Below, in pieces: positions 24,129 to 34,558 of a DNA stretch of 34,558 nucleotides. Location of the stretch: the IMG/VR virus record IMGVR_UViG_3300020042_001134, positions 1 to 34,558 of that record; one strand, given 5' to 3'. How positions within the stretch are numbered: position 1 is the first letter of the stretch; each line of letters begins with the position of its first letter. A model generated the notes under the pieces. That model searched no databases and was not told the DNA's origin. It worked only from the letters and a program-made list of their open reading frames with translations. This DNA comes from a virus. Lineage: Duplodnaviria > Caudoviricetes. Position numbers and translations under genes: made by a program.

Positions 24129-26435
24129 ATGGAAGCATTGACGGGTGTTCAGAAGTGGCTAAACACGATCAGCCAATACGATAACGAGTTCAAGAAATGG
24201 GAAGCTCGTTCGCAAAAGATTGTAAAACGGTATCGTGACGATAACCGCAATCAAAACACGAACGAAACGGCTAAATTCAACATTCTGTGGTCTAACGTAC
24301 AGACGCTGATTCCTGCCGTGTACGCCAGGCTACCCAAAGCTGATGTATCTCGACGCTTTGGGGACAATGATCCAGTTGCCCGTGTTGCCTCGCAATTGAT
24401 TGAACGTGCGCTTGACTTTGAAATTGAGCATTACAGCGATTTCAGATCAACGATGAGACACGCAGTCGAGGACAGGTTCTTGGGTGGGCGTGGCGTGGCT
24501 TGGGTTAGGTACGAGCCGCACGTTCGGGCGCAAGACATTCCTGAAGATGGTTTGCAAGTAACTGAAGATGTGGACGAGGTTGACCGCACAAGTGAGCAAG
24601 CGCAGAACACAATGACGCTTGACGGTGCTATGGGCGAAGAACCTCAAGAAGAAATCGAGTACGAGTGTGCGCCTACCGATTATGTGCATTGGAAGGACTT
24701 TGGACACTCAGTAGCTCGAACATGGGAAGAAGTCACTGCCGTTTGGCGTTGGGTCTACATGACTAAAGAAAGCCTTGTTGAGCGGTTTGGCGAGGAAATG
24801 GCGAAAACAATCCCATTGGATGCAGGGCCAGAGACAAACAAGCAATATTCCACCCAATCTAAGGATTTCACACGGGCTAAGATATGCGAGATGTGGGATA
24901 AGGAAAGCGGCAAAGTCTACTGGATTAGCAAGAGCTGCCCAAACATTCTTGACGAGCGTGACGATCCGTTAGAGCTTGAGAATTTCTTTCCATGCGCCAA
25001 GCCTTTGTACGCCACAATGACAAGTGATACGCTTGTGCCGATCCCTGACTTCGTGCTGTATCAGGATCAAGCCAATGCGCTAGACATTTTGACAGACCGT
25101 ATTGATGGGATGGTGAAAGCCTTGCGGGTGCGTGGGGTCTATGACGCATCACAACCCACCTTACAGCGTCTTTTGACCGAAGGTGATAACAATACCCTCA
25201 TCCCTGTAGATAAGTGGATGGCGTTCTCAGAAAAGGGTGGTCTGAAAGGGTCAATTGATTTGTTGCCGATTGACACGTTAGCAAACGCATTGCTGCAATG
25301 CTATCGGGCGCAAGATGAGATCAAGCAAACCATTTATGAAATCACAGGCATTAGCGACATCGTTCGAGGCCAAGGCGCAGCAAGTGAAACCGCCACGGCA
25401 CAACAGATTAAAGGTCAGTATGCAGGATTGCGGTTGCGTTCAATGCAGGAAGATGTTGCCTTGTTTGCGAGTGAGCTATTTCAGCTAAAAGCACAGGTTA
25501 TTTGCACCAAGTTCCAACCGTCTACGATCCTCCAGTACGCAGCTGCCCAGGCAATGAACCCTGCCGATCAAGCGTTGATCCCGCAAGCGTTAATGCTGTT
25601 GAAAGACAAGCCTTTGCGTTCATTCCGAATTCAGGTTGATTCCGATAGCCTAGTGCAAATTGACGAGCAACAGAATAAGCGTGATCGGGTTGAGTTCCTG
25701 CAAGCAATGGGTGGGTTCTTAAATCAAGCACTCCCAATGGGTCAGCAAGCACCTCAGTTAGTGCCAATGCTTGTGGAATTGCTCAAGTTTGGCGTAGGTG
25801 CATATAAGAAAGCCGAGCCAATTGAGGGTGCAATAGATCAAGCAATGGAACAAATGAAACAACAACAGCAGCAAATGGCGGCAAATCCCACGCCACCGCC
25901 CCCAGACCCAGAGATGCTGAAGTTGCAAGGACAGCAGCAGATTGAGCAGATGAAAATGCAAGCGACAGCGCAAGCCGAACAGTTGCGGGTACAGGCTGAT
26001 GCACAAAACGCTCAGACTCAAGCTCAGTTTGATATGCAAGTTGAGCAAATGAAGCTACAAGCTGAGTCGCAATTAGAGGCTCAGAAGCAACAATTTGAGA
26101 TGGCATTGGCTAACCAAGAATTGCAAGTAAAAGAGCGTCAAGAGCGGTACAAAAGCGAACTGGATGCTGCAACAAAGATTACAATAGCCTTGCTTTCTGC
26201 TGATCCTAACAAATCGGTAGAAGAAGCAAATGCCCAAGCTACGCAATTAACCAGTCAAATTAGCGAGAATATCAACGCTGCAATGGCACAAATGGCTCAA
26301 TCTAGCGAGAATATGGCGGCTATGCACGGTCAGACTTTGGCTCAATTAGGTAATGTCGTGCAGTCCTTGGGTGCGCCAAAACGAATCATTAGGGGCGCTG
26401 ACGGGCGAGTTGCGGGTGTTGAGGCGGCTATTTAA
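24129..26435 (+). CDS. portal protein
   Basis: ~770 aa after terL; FNILWSN, GISDIVRG and ETATAQQIK motifs; long Gln-rich C-terminal coiled coil like the P22 barrel. Confidence 0.85.
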   Translation: MEALTGVQKWLNTISQYDNEFKKWEARSQKIVKRYRDDNRNQNTNETAKFNILWSNVQTLIPAVYARLPKADVSRRFGDNDPVARVASQLIERALDFEIEHYSDFRSTMRHAVEDRFLGGRGVAWVRYEPHVRAQDIPEDGLQVTEDVDEVDRTSEQAQNTMTLDGAMGEEPQEEIEYECAPTDYVHWKDFGHSVARTWEEVTAVWRWVYMTKESLVERFGEEMAKTIPLDAGPETNKQYSTQSKDFTRAKICEMWDKESGKVYWISKSCPNILDERDDPLELENFFPCAKPLYATMTSDTLVPIPDFVLYQDQANALDILTDRIDGMVKALRVRGVYDASQPTLQRLLTEGDNNTLIPVDKWMAFSEKGGLKGSIDLLPIDTLANALLQCYRAQDEIKQTIYEITGISDIVRGQGAASETATAQQIKGQYAGLRLRSMQEDVALFASELFQLKAQVICTKFQPSTILQYAAAQAMNPADQALIPQALMLLKDKPLRSFRIQVDSDSLVQIDEQQNKRDRVEFLQAMGGFLNQALPMGQQAPQLVPMLVELLKFGVGAYKKAEPIEGAIDQAMEQMKQQQQQMAANPTPPPPDPEMLKLQGQQQIEQMKMQATAQAEQLRVQADAQNAQTQAQFDMQVEQMKLQAESQLEAQKQQFEMALANQELQVKERQERYKSELDAATKITIALLSADPNKSVEEANAQATQLTSQISENINAAMAQMAQSSENMAAMHGQTLAQLGNVVQSLGAPKRIIRGADGRVAGVEAAI

Positions 26436-29400
26436 TGGCAACCATTGACGTAACAACCTCACGAAACCTCACAGCGGTTACATACGCTCAGGACGATATT
26501 ATCAACGTCCTTGATGGCGTGACGCTCACCATTAACTCTCAATGGTCAATCAGACCAAGGTTAATTCAAGCACTTGGTACAGGGCGCATTGAGGTCAGCA
26601 ACGCAAGCACTACAACGCCGCATCTGCAAGAGTTCTATATGCAGAATGGTTTAAGCTCTGCTGCTTTAAATAATGGTGGTTTTACTGTCCAACAAAACGG
26701 TGTTCTACAAGTCAGGGGTGACTGGATTACGGTTGGCACTTCCACAGGCACAAACAACCAAGTTCTGTTTAGCGCAAACAGTATTGGTGGTGTAGCGATT
26801 GACTACCCGACAATGATTCAAGTCGAAACCGGAAACGCTACAAACGTCTGGGAAGTATGGCAAGCAATACCAGAAGATGTGACGGGCGGCACAGTCAACA
26901 CTTATGCTTTTAATGCACCAAACGCTACTACAGGTACGGTAGCGGTCACGGCTGGCGGTGTAGTCACAGGGATCGGTACAAACTTTGTTAGTACAAACAT
27001 TGGTTTGCCTTTTAAGCTGCCAAGCATTGCCCGTGACTTTGTTATTAGTGCTGTTGCTTCCACTACCTCTGCGACCATTCAAGAACTAGACGGCACAACC
27101 TATACGGGCGGTGTAATAGCGGCAGGCGCAACCTACATTATTCGTTCAGGTTCTTTAATCAATCAGATTCAGGTTGGCGCAAGCGAAGTTGGTAAAGTGT
27201 TGTTTTTTAACCCCTTGACCACAGCGGTCAGAATGGGCGATGGAACGAACGGAACAAAAATACCTACAGGCGCAAGGGTGCGAGTACCCAACATTCACTT
27301 TAACTCTGCCCTGCAATCAACAACACTTGCTACGGCAATTACGTCTACAGCGGCACAGGCTTTTACATTAGCCACAGCAATTGGGCCAACAACTAACGGC
27401 GCTATCAACGTCAACCAAGCAATTGGTTCTTTTCTGTTGGTTAACAGTACAACGATTGAGCGTATCCACTATTTGACCCGTGCGGGTGCGGTAGTTAGCG
27501 CAACCTCACAATTGCGGGGTCAGTACGGCACAACGGCTCAAGCTAGTTTTCCAATCGGCACTACAGTTTATTGGATTCCATCGCCTAATACCACAATCAA
27601 TAACGCTGGCTTTAGCTGTAACCCTAGCGGCACGATTGACATAGAAACTTGCAGTACAGGGATGCGATTTAGAAATGAATTTAACAACTACGCTGATTTA
27701 ACGCTTAAAGACTTTGGTTGTTTTGTAACAAACGTTACTAGCTCTGCCGGAACGTATGAGTTAGATACCTTGAGCATTTTAGGTTCTAACTGGCAAGCCC
27801 CTACAGCAGTCTCCGCAACAGTTCAATTTAACTCCATGCTTGGTAGCGGTAGTATTTCAAGTATTCATGCTAATGCTAACTATTGTGGCAACACCAGCGC
27901 AACAACTTATAACTGCATTAACATCCAGAACGCTCAAGTAATCAGTAATTTACGCTCTAGGCAATGGGGTCGAAATGGGGCGGCGGGTTCAACCGCATTT
28001 AAAAGCTTTAACTTTACGACTGTTAAATGTGCCACTCCTGTTGATGGTATTTATCTGGCTGGCGGTGGTTTTGTTATATCAGCGACTACCAACATTGATA
28101 TAAAGAACATTTTTATTGCATCTTTGCCTAACGGCAATAGCACTAGCTCTACTGACAGCTATACATTTCCAGTAATACAAAACACAGTCAACAGCACGTT
28201 TCGAGGCTTACAAGTCTGGGGTGGCGGTATTGTTTCAAGAGGTCCTTTAATTAACATTGACTCATCGTGCGAAAGCGTTGTTTGTCATAACAAGGGATAT
28301 TCAGCGATTGCAGGTTCATTACAAACAACTGGTATTGTTCAAGATGCTGGATTAAACAGCATCATTGCATTTATATCTGTTACAAACCCTCGTATAGTTG
28401 CCGCTGCTCAAAGCTATTTGTTTGGTACATCTGTTTCCAATAGCGGTGGTTTATTTCGTATGTTGTTAATTGATTCAATTACAAGCACAGCGGCTGGTAC
28501 TGGAGGAGCGGCAAAAAGCGGCGTAGAAATGGATATGGTTGCTGGACCGCATCGTTTGTTCCAGACGGTTGCAACAGCCGCAATTATTCCAAACTTGGTC
28601 GATGTGCAGCCTATTATTGTTATGTCAAACACAGCCAAAAGTGTTGGCTCGGTTTATGTTGGGGCTTTTTCAGCGCAAAGCTCTTTTGATATGTACACCT
28701 TTGGTGGCGGTACTTTTCAAGATAACCTTGGTCGTATCTACTATCCTGCAATTGACGATTCAGTCATCGTCAAGTCGGTGTTTGCGTTAAAAGGCATCAC
28801 AAACTTCACAGGCACAGCGTTTGACTTTAACTACAACTTAGGCTCTGGCACTAACCCAATTCCTGCTGGCACGACTGTCGAATTTAGAATGACCAATTGG
28901 GGTACTGCTAACACTGGCGCATGGACAGCGTTTACTAATAACGCAAGCCTTGAAACGGCAAGGGCTGCGCTGACAGGATACAGCTCGTCGGTTGGTTTGG
29001 ACTTGCAATTCCGCATTACTGGCACGACTGCGGTGGCTGGTCGCTACTTGATGAGTCTTAAACTGCCTGTCACGATTGATGCGGCTTATGACCCTGCCGT
29101 ATACAGAACAGAGATTGGCTTTACTGGCGCACAAGTTAGTACGCTGATTGCAGGTTATCTGAACGCAGACCCAAATAATCCGTCACTGCAAGCAAGCCTG
29201 ACGCTAACAGGAAGCAGCGGCTCTGTGCCAATGCCGTACAACTACGATGCTATTCCCGTCCCCTACAGGCTTGTGGCTCGGTTGCCCGGCTGGACGTTTA
29301 CTAGCCTGACCGGAACATACACCAAGACGGAAATTAGCATCCCAATCACGCAAAACCAAGTGCTTGATGTCAACGGCAATCCTCTGTATGTATCGGGCGT

Positions 29401-31453
29401 GACAGGCGTAACTGTTGACCACATTGCTCAGACCATTACTGTCAGCGCCAGTCGTAGCGCAGTGCAGATTTGGTCTGCGGTGCAGGACAATATTTCTTTG
29501 CTTGCAAACTTAACCGTAGCTGACCCATTCACAACAAACAACGGCACAGTTTTTGATAGCAGCTACACGCTGATTGTCACGGGCGGCATTACAGCGGGCA
29601 ACATTGATTCAAACGTAACCCTGAGCGGCACACTTTCAAGTGGTGTGGTGATTGTTGGTAACGTAGCGCAAGCCACGCCAACCAATTTAACGGGTGTGTC
29701 CATTGGTGGCAACCTCACTTACAACACAGCCTCGTCACCCACAATCACCTTAACCAATACCACCATCACAGGCACGGTCAGCAACGCTGGTGCAGGTACA
29801 GTCACAATCAGTACAGATAACAGCACAATCGGCACAGTCGGCACTCGCATCGTCACCCGTCCGGTTACTGCCCTGACACTCAACGGCTTGACCGCAGGTT
29901 CGCAGGTTTATGTTGAAAATGGTTCAGGTACGCAAGTGGCGTATGTTGCATCGTCAGGCACAAGTTACACGCTTAACACCACAGGTCAGACTGGCGCTTG
30001 GGTTTGGAAAGTGGCTCGTTATGGCTTTACAGCACAATACGGTGGTCACAGCCCCGCTGTGGCAAGTACAACGGTTACGGTTATCTTATCCGCAGACGTA
30101 TTCATTACGCAGCCTGTGAAGGCTACAGTAGCAGCGTATGAGTTCCTGCCTAACATGGACACGCTGTACGACTATGCTGCGTACTACGAAACGCTAGAAG
30201 AAGGCATACCTTACGCCAGAATTATTGTTAAGGCGGGAACAAACGCTTCTGCTGGCGCATATCCGGTCACGCTCAACGATACGGGCGATGTATGGATTTT
30301 TGATGGCTCGTCGCTCTCAATTTGGTGTGGCGATAGGCTGAGTCCTGGTACGACAATTACAGGCCCATTGTTTAGCTCAAGCCCTGTAACAATACTGCCG
30401 TCTAACTTTGTTAATACAGCTATTACAGCGAATGTCATACAGCCTATTCCATTAGACTTGTCTGGTATGACTATCACGGGCAACTTGACTTATGACGATA
30501 GCGCACCACTCGCCTATACCGTAACGATTACTGACAGCACGATTTCAGGCACGATTAGTAACGCTGGAACGGCGGAAGTTAAAGTCATTAAAGCGGGTAC
30601 TAGCCCATTCTTTACTGCTGGCGCAAGGGTAACTGTCGTGGCTATCGTGACTATTACAACCCCTAATAACTTAGCCCTATCTACCTACATCCTTAAAAAC
30701 GCAGGCATTGACCTTGGTTGGGTCGTACAAAATACGGCTAGAAGTTTAGAGATTCAAGCGGGGGATACGTTTTCGGTCTATGCCGTAGCATACGGCTATC
30801 AGCGGACATTGTTCTACCCCACAGCCTCAAACTTCAACTCGTTTAGCGTATCGTTACTCCCAGAAACCAATGTTGATACATCGTTAAACACTGTAACTAG
30901 AGATTTCATTGCGACACAGATAAGCACAGCTCTTGTCGGCCCAGCACTTGCGGTATCGGTTTTGTCAGACTTGCGTGCTTATTCGCCAGCAGACGTTCTG
31001 AACGGGTTGCAGTATTACAGCGTGGTCTATGGTGAATTGCCAGCGTACATCTCGGTTCTAACGGGAACAACGGAAGGGTTTACTATCATCTCAGGCGGCG
31101 TTTATATATCGTCTCCTTCTTTCTACGCCCAAGTGAATAACTCAGTCACTACTACGACAAACTTAGGTATTCTCATTCCGTTGTATTTTGACGTAGACCC
31201 AGCGGTGTATATTGCAGACCCAACTTATACCCCGACCAAGAAGAACACTTCTGGCATTGTTTTGCAGACTGCACCTTGGACACAGCAAACAGCGACAATT
31301 AGCCAAACAGACAAAGAAGACATTGCAGACGAAAGCGCAACTGCTACGTTAATTGCAATGAACGCAACGCCACCAGATGTAAACATTGCTAAGATTAACG
31401 GGTATGTTGTTGATGGCGTTGGCTCAGACACAAATCCGTGGGGGCCTGCGTAA
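26435..31453 (+). CDS. giant Thr/Ser/Gly-rich fibre/adhesin-like protein (1672 aa)
   Basis: Beta-strand-rich composition, internal duplicated beta-helix-like module, TAATG coupling to portal. Confidence 0.7.
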   Translation: MATIDVTTSRNLTAVTYAQDDIINVLDGVTLTINSQWSIRPRLIQALGTGRIEVSNASTTTPHLQEFYMQNGLSSAALNNGGFTVQQNGVLQVRGDWITVGTSTGTNNQVLFSANSIGGVAIDYPTMIQVETGNATNVWEVWQAIPEDVTGGTVNTYAFNAPNATTGTVAVTAGGVVTGIGTNFVSTNIGLPFKLPSIARDFVISAVASTTSATIQELDGTTYTGGVIAAGATYIIRSGSLINQIQVGASEVGKVLFFNPLTTAVRMGDGTNGTKIPTGARVRVPNIHFNSALQSTTLATAITSTAAQAFTLATAIGPTTNGAINVNQAIGSFLLVNSTTIERIHYLTRAGAVVSATSQLRGQYGTTAQASFPIGTTVYWIPSPNTTINNAGFSCNPSGTIDIETCSTGMRFRNEFNNYADLTLKDFGCFVTNVTSSAGTYELDTLSILGSNWQAPTAVSATVQFNSMLGSGSISSIHANANYCGNTSATTYNCINIQNAQVISNLRSRQWGRNGAAGSTAFKSFNFTTVKCATPVDGIYLAGGGFVISATTNIDIKNIFIASLPNGNSTSSTDSYTFPVIQNTVNSTFRGLQVWGGGIVSRGPLINIDSSCESVVCHNKGYSAIAGSLQTTGIVQDAGLNSIIAFISVTNPRIVAAAQSYLFGTSVSNSGGLFRMLLIDSITSTAAGTGGAAKSGVEMDMVAGPHRLFQTVATAAIIPNLVDVQPIIVMSNTAKSVGSVYVGAFSAQSSFDMYTFGGGTFQDNLGRIYYPAIDDSVIVKSVFALKGITNFTGTAFDFNYNLGSGTNPIPAGTTVEFRMTNWGTANTGAWTAFTNNASLETARAALTGYSSSVGLDLQFRITGTTAVAGRYLMSLKLPVTIDAAYDPAVYRTEIGFTGAQVSTLIAGYLNADPNNPSLQASLTLTGSSGSVPMPYNYDAIPVPYRLVARLPGWTFTSLTGTYTKTEISIPITQNQVLDVNGNPLYVSGVTGVTVDHIAQTITVSASRSAVQIWSAVQDNISLLANLTVADPFTTNNGTVFDSSYTLIVTGGITAGNIDSNVTLSGTLSSGVVIVGNVAQATPTNLTGVSIGGNLTYNTASSPTITLTNTTITGTVSNAGAGTVTISTDNSTIGTVGTRIVTRPVTALTLNGLTAGSQVYVENGSGTQVAYVASSGTSYTLNTTGQTGAWVWKVARYGFTAQYGGHSPAVASTTVTVILSADVFITQPVKATVAAYEFLPNMDTLYDYAAYYETLEEGIPYARIIVKAGTNASAGAYPVTLNDTGDVWIFDGSSLSIWCGDRLSPGTTITGPLFSSSPVTILPSNFVNTAITANVIQPIPLDLSGMTITGNLTYDDSAPLAYTVTITDSTISGTISNAGTAEVKVIKAGTSPFFTAGARVTVVAIVTITTPNNLALSTYILKNAGIDLGWVVQNTARSLEIQAGDTFSVYAVAYGYQRTLFYPTASNFNSFSVSLLPETNVDTSLNTVTRDFIATQISTALVGPALAVSVLSDLRAYSPADVLNGLQYYSVVYGELPAYISVLTGTTEGFTIISGGVYISSPSFYAQVNNSVTTTTNLGILIPLYFDVDPAVYIADPTYTPTKKNTSGIVLQTAPWTQQTATISQTDKEDIADESATATLIAMNATPPDVNIAKINGYVVDGVGSDTNPWGPA

Positions 31454-31804
31454 ATGGCTTCGGCTTGGGGTCTATCGTTTGGCAACGCATGGGGGTTTTC
31501 ATTTGGTAAAACCGTCATTTTTGACGTTGATACCCACGATGGCGGCGATAAAAAACGCAAATTTGTTAATGAGGCAAACAAAAAACGCAAACAACGGGCA
31601 GAAATAGTACGTTTGTTTGAACAACTGGTGGAAGGTAAACCAGAAGTTGCAAGGCAAATTGTTGCGCCAATTGTACAAAATGCGTCAATTGTTGAATTAA
31701 AATCAATTAACTTTGACCAATTACTTGCTGATTTATCAAGGGTTGAGTCAATTTATGCGGCATGGATTGAGATGGATGACGAGGAGGTTTTAAGCCTGCT
31801 ATGA
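31454..31804 (+). CDS. hypothetical protein (AWGxSFG repeat, DTHDG motif)
   Basis: 116-aa ORF abutting the giant gene. Confidence 0.7.
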   Translation: MASAWGLSFGNAWGFSFGKTVIFDVDTHDGGDKKRKFVNEANKKRKQRAEIVRLFEQLVEGKPEVARQIVAPIVQNASIVELKSINFDQLLADLSRVESIYAAWIEMDDEEVLSLL

Positions 31805-32121
31805 GGAAAACATACGTTTACGTTAATGGCAAGTTGGTTGAAAAAGGCTCAAACGAGCATTATGAGAACCTTGGCCCAATGGTCATGCCTGACATACAGC
31901 CATACAAATCTATGATTGACGGGTCAATGATTACAAGCCGTTCTGTGCATCGTGACCATCTGCGACAGCATGGTTGTATTGAGGTTGGCAACGAAAAAAT
32001 GGAAAGCAAGCCGCCGCCATTAAAAGACACTAGACGGGAAGTCATGCGCCAACAATTGGCAAACATGACGCATAAACAAGCAAATCAAGTTCTTTCACAA
32101 CTTCGCCGTAAATTTACCTAA
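31801..32121 (+). CDS. conserved head-module protein
   Basis: GAGGAGG SD; DIQPYKSMIDG..ITSRS.HR.HLR.HGCIEVGNE. Confidence 0.75.
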   Translation: MRKTYVYVNGKLVEKGSNEHYENLGPMVMPDIQPYKSMIDGSMITSRSVHRDHLRQHGCIEVGNEKMESKPPPLKDTRREVMRQQLANMTHKQANQVLSQLRRKFT

Positions 32122-32132
32122 AGGGGTATAAA

Positions 32133-33047
32133 TTGGAAAATACTGAACAACCGGATCGTCGGGAATTACTGTCACAGCAGTTCGACGAAGTTCAGAATGA
32201 AGCACCAGTCGAGGCAGTAAAGCCGCAAGTAGAGCCTGAGCCAGAGCCTGCGCCAGAGCCGCCCGTTTGGGAAAGACCGCCCGCATCGTGGAAAAAGGAT
32301 TACCACGAAGCCTGGACAACGGCTGACCCAAAGCTCAAGGAATACGCTTGGAAGCGTGAAGAAGAAATGAGGGCGGGGGTTGAACCTTTGCTGTCAAAAG
32401 CTCAATTTGCCGACCAAATGCAGCAAGCCCTTGAGCCGTACATGAATAATATCCGTGGATTGGGCATTGAAGCACCACAAGCGGTCAAAGCCTTGATGGA
32501 AGCTGACAATGTTCTGCGCCACGGAACACCACAACAAAAACAAGCCTATTTTGCCCAATTAGCCCAACAATACGGTATCAATATGGGCGATGTGCAGGTG
32601 CAACCTACTGATCCCAACTTTTACGCCATTCAAAATGAGCTTGCACAAGTTCGTGGCGAGGTGTTAAATTGGAAGCAACAGCAGGAAGCAGCACAAAATC
32701 AAGCGCTTTTGCAAGAAATTAACCAATTTCAAACAAAAGCAGAGTATTTTGAGGAAGCTCGTCCAACAATGATCCAGTTGCTCAACAGCGGCGTGGCTCA
32801 AGACTTAGATGATGCTTACCAAAAAGCAATACGCCTAGATAACGACTTGTTTACAAAGCACCAGCAAGCCTCACAGGGCGCAGCAGATGCAGCAAAACGA
32901 GAAGCATCGAACAAAGCAGCGAAAGCGGCTCGGGCGGCAGCGGTCAGCGTTAAAAGTTCCACACCAGGAGCAGCAACGAGTACCAAAGCGCAAGATAGGC
33001 GTTCGTTACTCATGGAACAGTTTGACAACATGAACGAGCGTTTTTGA
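32133..33047 (+). CDS. capsid scaffolding protein (TTG start)
   Basis: Acidic Pro/Glu N-terminus, PASWKK, helical Q/A-rich body, directly upstream of the capsid gene. Confidence 0.75.
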   Translation: MENTEQPDRRELLSQQFDEVQNEAPVEAVKPQVEPEPEPAPEPPVWERPPASWKKDYHEAWTTADPKLKEYAWKREEEMRAGVEPLLSKAQFADQMQQALEPYMNNIRGLGIEAPQAVKALMEADNVLRHGTPQQKQAYFAQLAQQYGINMGDVQVQPTDPNFYAIQNELAQVRGEVLNWKQQQEAAQNQALLQEINQFQTKAEYFEEARPTMIQLLNSGVAQDLDDAYQKAIRLDNDLFTKHQQASQGAADAAKREASNKAAKAARAAAVSVKSSTPGAATSTKAQDRRSLLMEQFDNMNERF

Positions 33048-33067
33048 TAACCTAATCGGAGATTACT

Positions 33068-34069
33068 ATGGCATTTGCCAATAGCTCGATCAGCGACATC
33101 ATTGCGACTAACATTCAAAGCCGCACGGGTGAACTTGCTGACAACGTAACAAACAACAACGCTTTATTGCGCCGCCTCAAAGAGCGTGGCAACGTAAAGA
33201 CTTTCTCTGGCGGTAACGTGATTTTGCAAGAAATCATGTATAACGACAGCGCAACCGACAACACCAACTCGTACTCTGGCTACGAAGTGCTAAACGTGTC
33301 GCAGAACTCGCCAATTTCGGCGGCTCAGTTCTCGATTACTCAGTACGCAGCAGCTGTGTCGATTTCTGGTCTGGAAATGATCCAAAACAGCGGCAAAGAA
33401 GCAATCATCGACTTGCTCGATGGTCGTATGTCTGTTGCTGAAGCTCAGTTGGCTAACCGACTGTCGGGTGACATTTACCTTGACGGTACTGGCAACAGCG
33501 GCAAGAATATCACAGGCCTTGGCGCTGCTGTTCCTGACGCACCTAGCACCGGAACATACGGCGGCATTAACCGTGCATCGTTCTCGTTTTGGCGTTCGCA
33601 GAAATTTTCAGGCGTAACTGATGGCGGCTCTGCTGTTTCGGCATCGAACATTCAAGCATACATGGATGCTCTAGCTGTTCAGTTGATTCGTGGAACAGAC
33701 AAACCTGATTTGATCGTTTGCGACAACAACTATTACAAGCTGTATTTGCAATCGTTGCAGTCGATCCAGCGCATCACAGATGGCGGCAATTCGTCAGCTG
33801 GTGCAGGCTTTGCATCGTTGAAATACTACGGCGCAGGTATGGCATCTGATGTGGTTCTAGACGGTGGTATCGGTAACGATGCAACTGCCAACCATATGTG
33901 GTTCTTGAACACCAAATACATGATGTTCCGTCCACACGCTGATCGTAACTTCGTGCCAATCGGCGGCGAGCGTCAAGCAGTCAACCAAGACGCTATCGTC
34001 AAGTTGATTGGATTTGCCGGGAACCTCACTTCTTCAGGCCCGCAATTCTGCGGCGTTCTGATCGCTTAA
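33068..34069 (+). CDS. major capsid protein
   Basis: 333 aa, GGAG SD, LADNVTNNNALL...SGG and GTYGGINR motifs; position after scaffold. Confidence 0.88.
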   Translation: MAFANSSISDIIATNIQSRTGELADNVTNNNALLRRLKERGNVKTFSGGNVILQEIMYNDSATDNTNSYSGYEVLNVSQNSPISAAQFSITQYAAAVSISGLEMIQNSGKEAIIDLLDGRMSVAEAQLANRLSGDIYLDGTGNSGKNITGLGAAVPDAPSTGTYGGINRASFSFWRSQKFSGVTDGGSAVSASNIQAYMDALAVQLIRGTDKPDLIVCDNNYYKLYLQSLQSIQRITDGGNSSAGAGFASLKYYGAGMASDVVLDGGIGNDATANHMWFLNTKYMMFRPHADRNFVPIGGERQAVNQDAIVKLIGFAGNLTSSGPQFCGVLIA

Positions 34070-34080
34070 AGGAAACCATC

Positions 34081-34558
34081 ATGGCATATACATTCAACGA
34101 ACCACGTTTGGGACTTCAGCAAATTGCAGAAGTTAACGAGACAGTAGTTACGGCTGGCGGTACAACTATCGTTGCGCCACCAGCAGTTTTGGGCAGCATT
34201 GTTCGTGCATTTGATCCAACTTTTGGCGAGGGTGAGTTCATCCTGTTGCTAGGCGTGGCATCAACTGTTGTTGGCTCGGTTGTGCGTTACAACGCAACAA
34301 CTTATCAAACAACTTTGGTTGTCAACACCGCTGTTCAAGACGTACCTGTCGCAGTCGCTATGTCGGCTTGCACAGCTGGTCTTTACGGTTGGTATCAAAT
34401 TTCTGGTAATGCAGTCATCAAGAAAACAGCTGTGACCGTTGCACCTAACGTCACTTTGTTCTTGTCGGCTACAGCTGGTCGTGTCAAAGTCTTGGCAAGT
34501 GCTGGTCTGCAAGTTGTTGCTGCTCGTTCGGCAAACTTGACTACCGTTACTTCTACGA
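34081..34558 (+). CDS. capsid decoration/cement-like protein, truncated by the window end (not in ORF track)
   Basis: AAGGA SD, ATG 34081, open to the end of the window; MAYTFNEPRLG...GEGEFILL...YGWYQISG. Confidence 0.7.
   Translation, partial: MAYTFNEPRLGLQQIAEVNETVVTAGGTTIVAPPAVLGSIVRAFDPTFGEGEFILLLGVASTVVGSVVRYNATTYQTTLVVNTAVQDVPVAVAMSACTAGLYGWYQISGNAVIKKTAVTVAPNVTLFLSATAGRVKVLASAGLQVVAARSANLTTVTST

Noticed and set aside
1278-34512. Many 60-125 aa antisense or alternate-frame ORFs in the track (e.g. 2351..2659, 6935..7294, 20982..21296, 26705..27082, 34261..34512)
   Set aside because: They are shadows of well-supported genes, without SD, coupling or recognisable motifs.
1-34558. Integrase/att site, reverse transcriptase or DGR, stop-codon recoding, terminal repeats
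   Set aside because: No such motifs were seen. Genes tile densely under the standard code using all three stops, and the window ends do not overlap, so a short piece of the genome is probably missing.

Overview
This window is almost the whole (~35 kb, circularly permuted) genome of a tailed dsDNA phage with podovirus-like organisation. Its gene content resembles uncultured freshwater proteobacterial phages; the host is not determinable from sequence alone. The + strand late region runs terS/terL, glycosyltransferase, FkbM methyltransferase, portal, a giant 1672-aa fibre-like protein, scaffold, major capsid and a decoration protein cut by the window end. It resumes at the window start with adaptor, closure/nozzle, GNAT, three ejection proteins (one with a lambda-R-type lysozyme), a tail-fibre/Gly-rich module and a holin/endolysin/spanin cassette. 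A leftward early arm carries ERF, SSB, a PD-(D/E)XK nuclease, an HTH protein and a small secreted 6-Cys peptide. A rightward arm carries a Cro-like gene, a truncated replication-initiator-like gene, DUF3310, a Ref-like HNH nuclease and VRR-NUC. No integrase, CI repressor, DNA polymerase, primase, helicase, tRNA or CRISPR was recognised. The most striking signal is non-coding. Downstream of cro, a sigma70 promoter leads into a c4/CI-type antisense-attenuator RNA with its own upstream targets, followed by a ~250-nt highly base-paired element instead of a protein gene. This element sits where lambdoid phages keep the initiator and origin, while the initiator-like gene retains only its C-terminal domain. 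Also notable are a loop-E hairpin displaying anti-Shine-Dalgarno sequence, twin early leaders, and four TTAAG-N4-CTTAA operators. All family assignments come from motif recognition by eye, not database searches.
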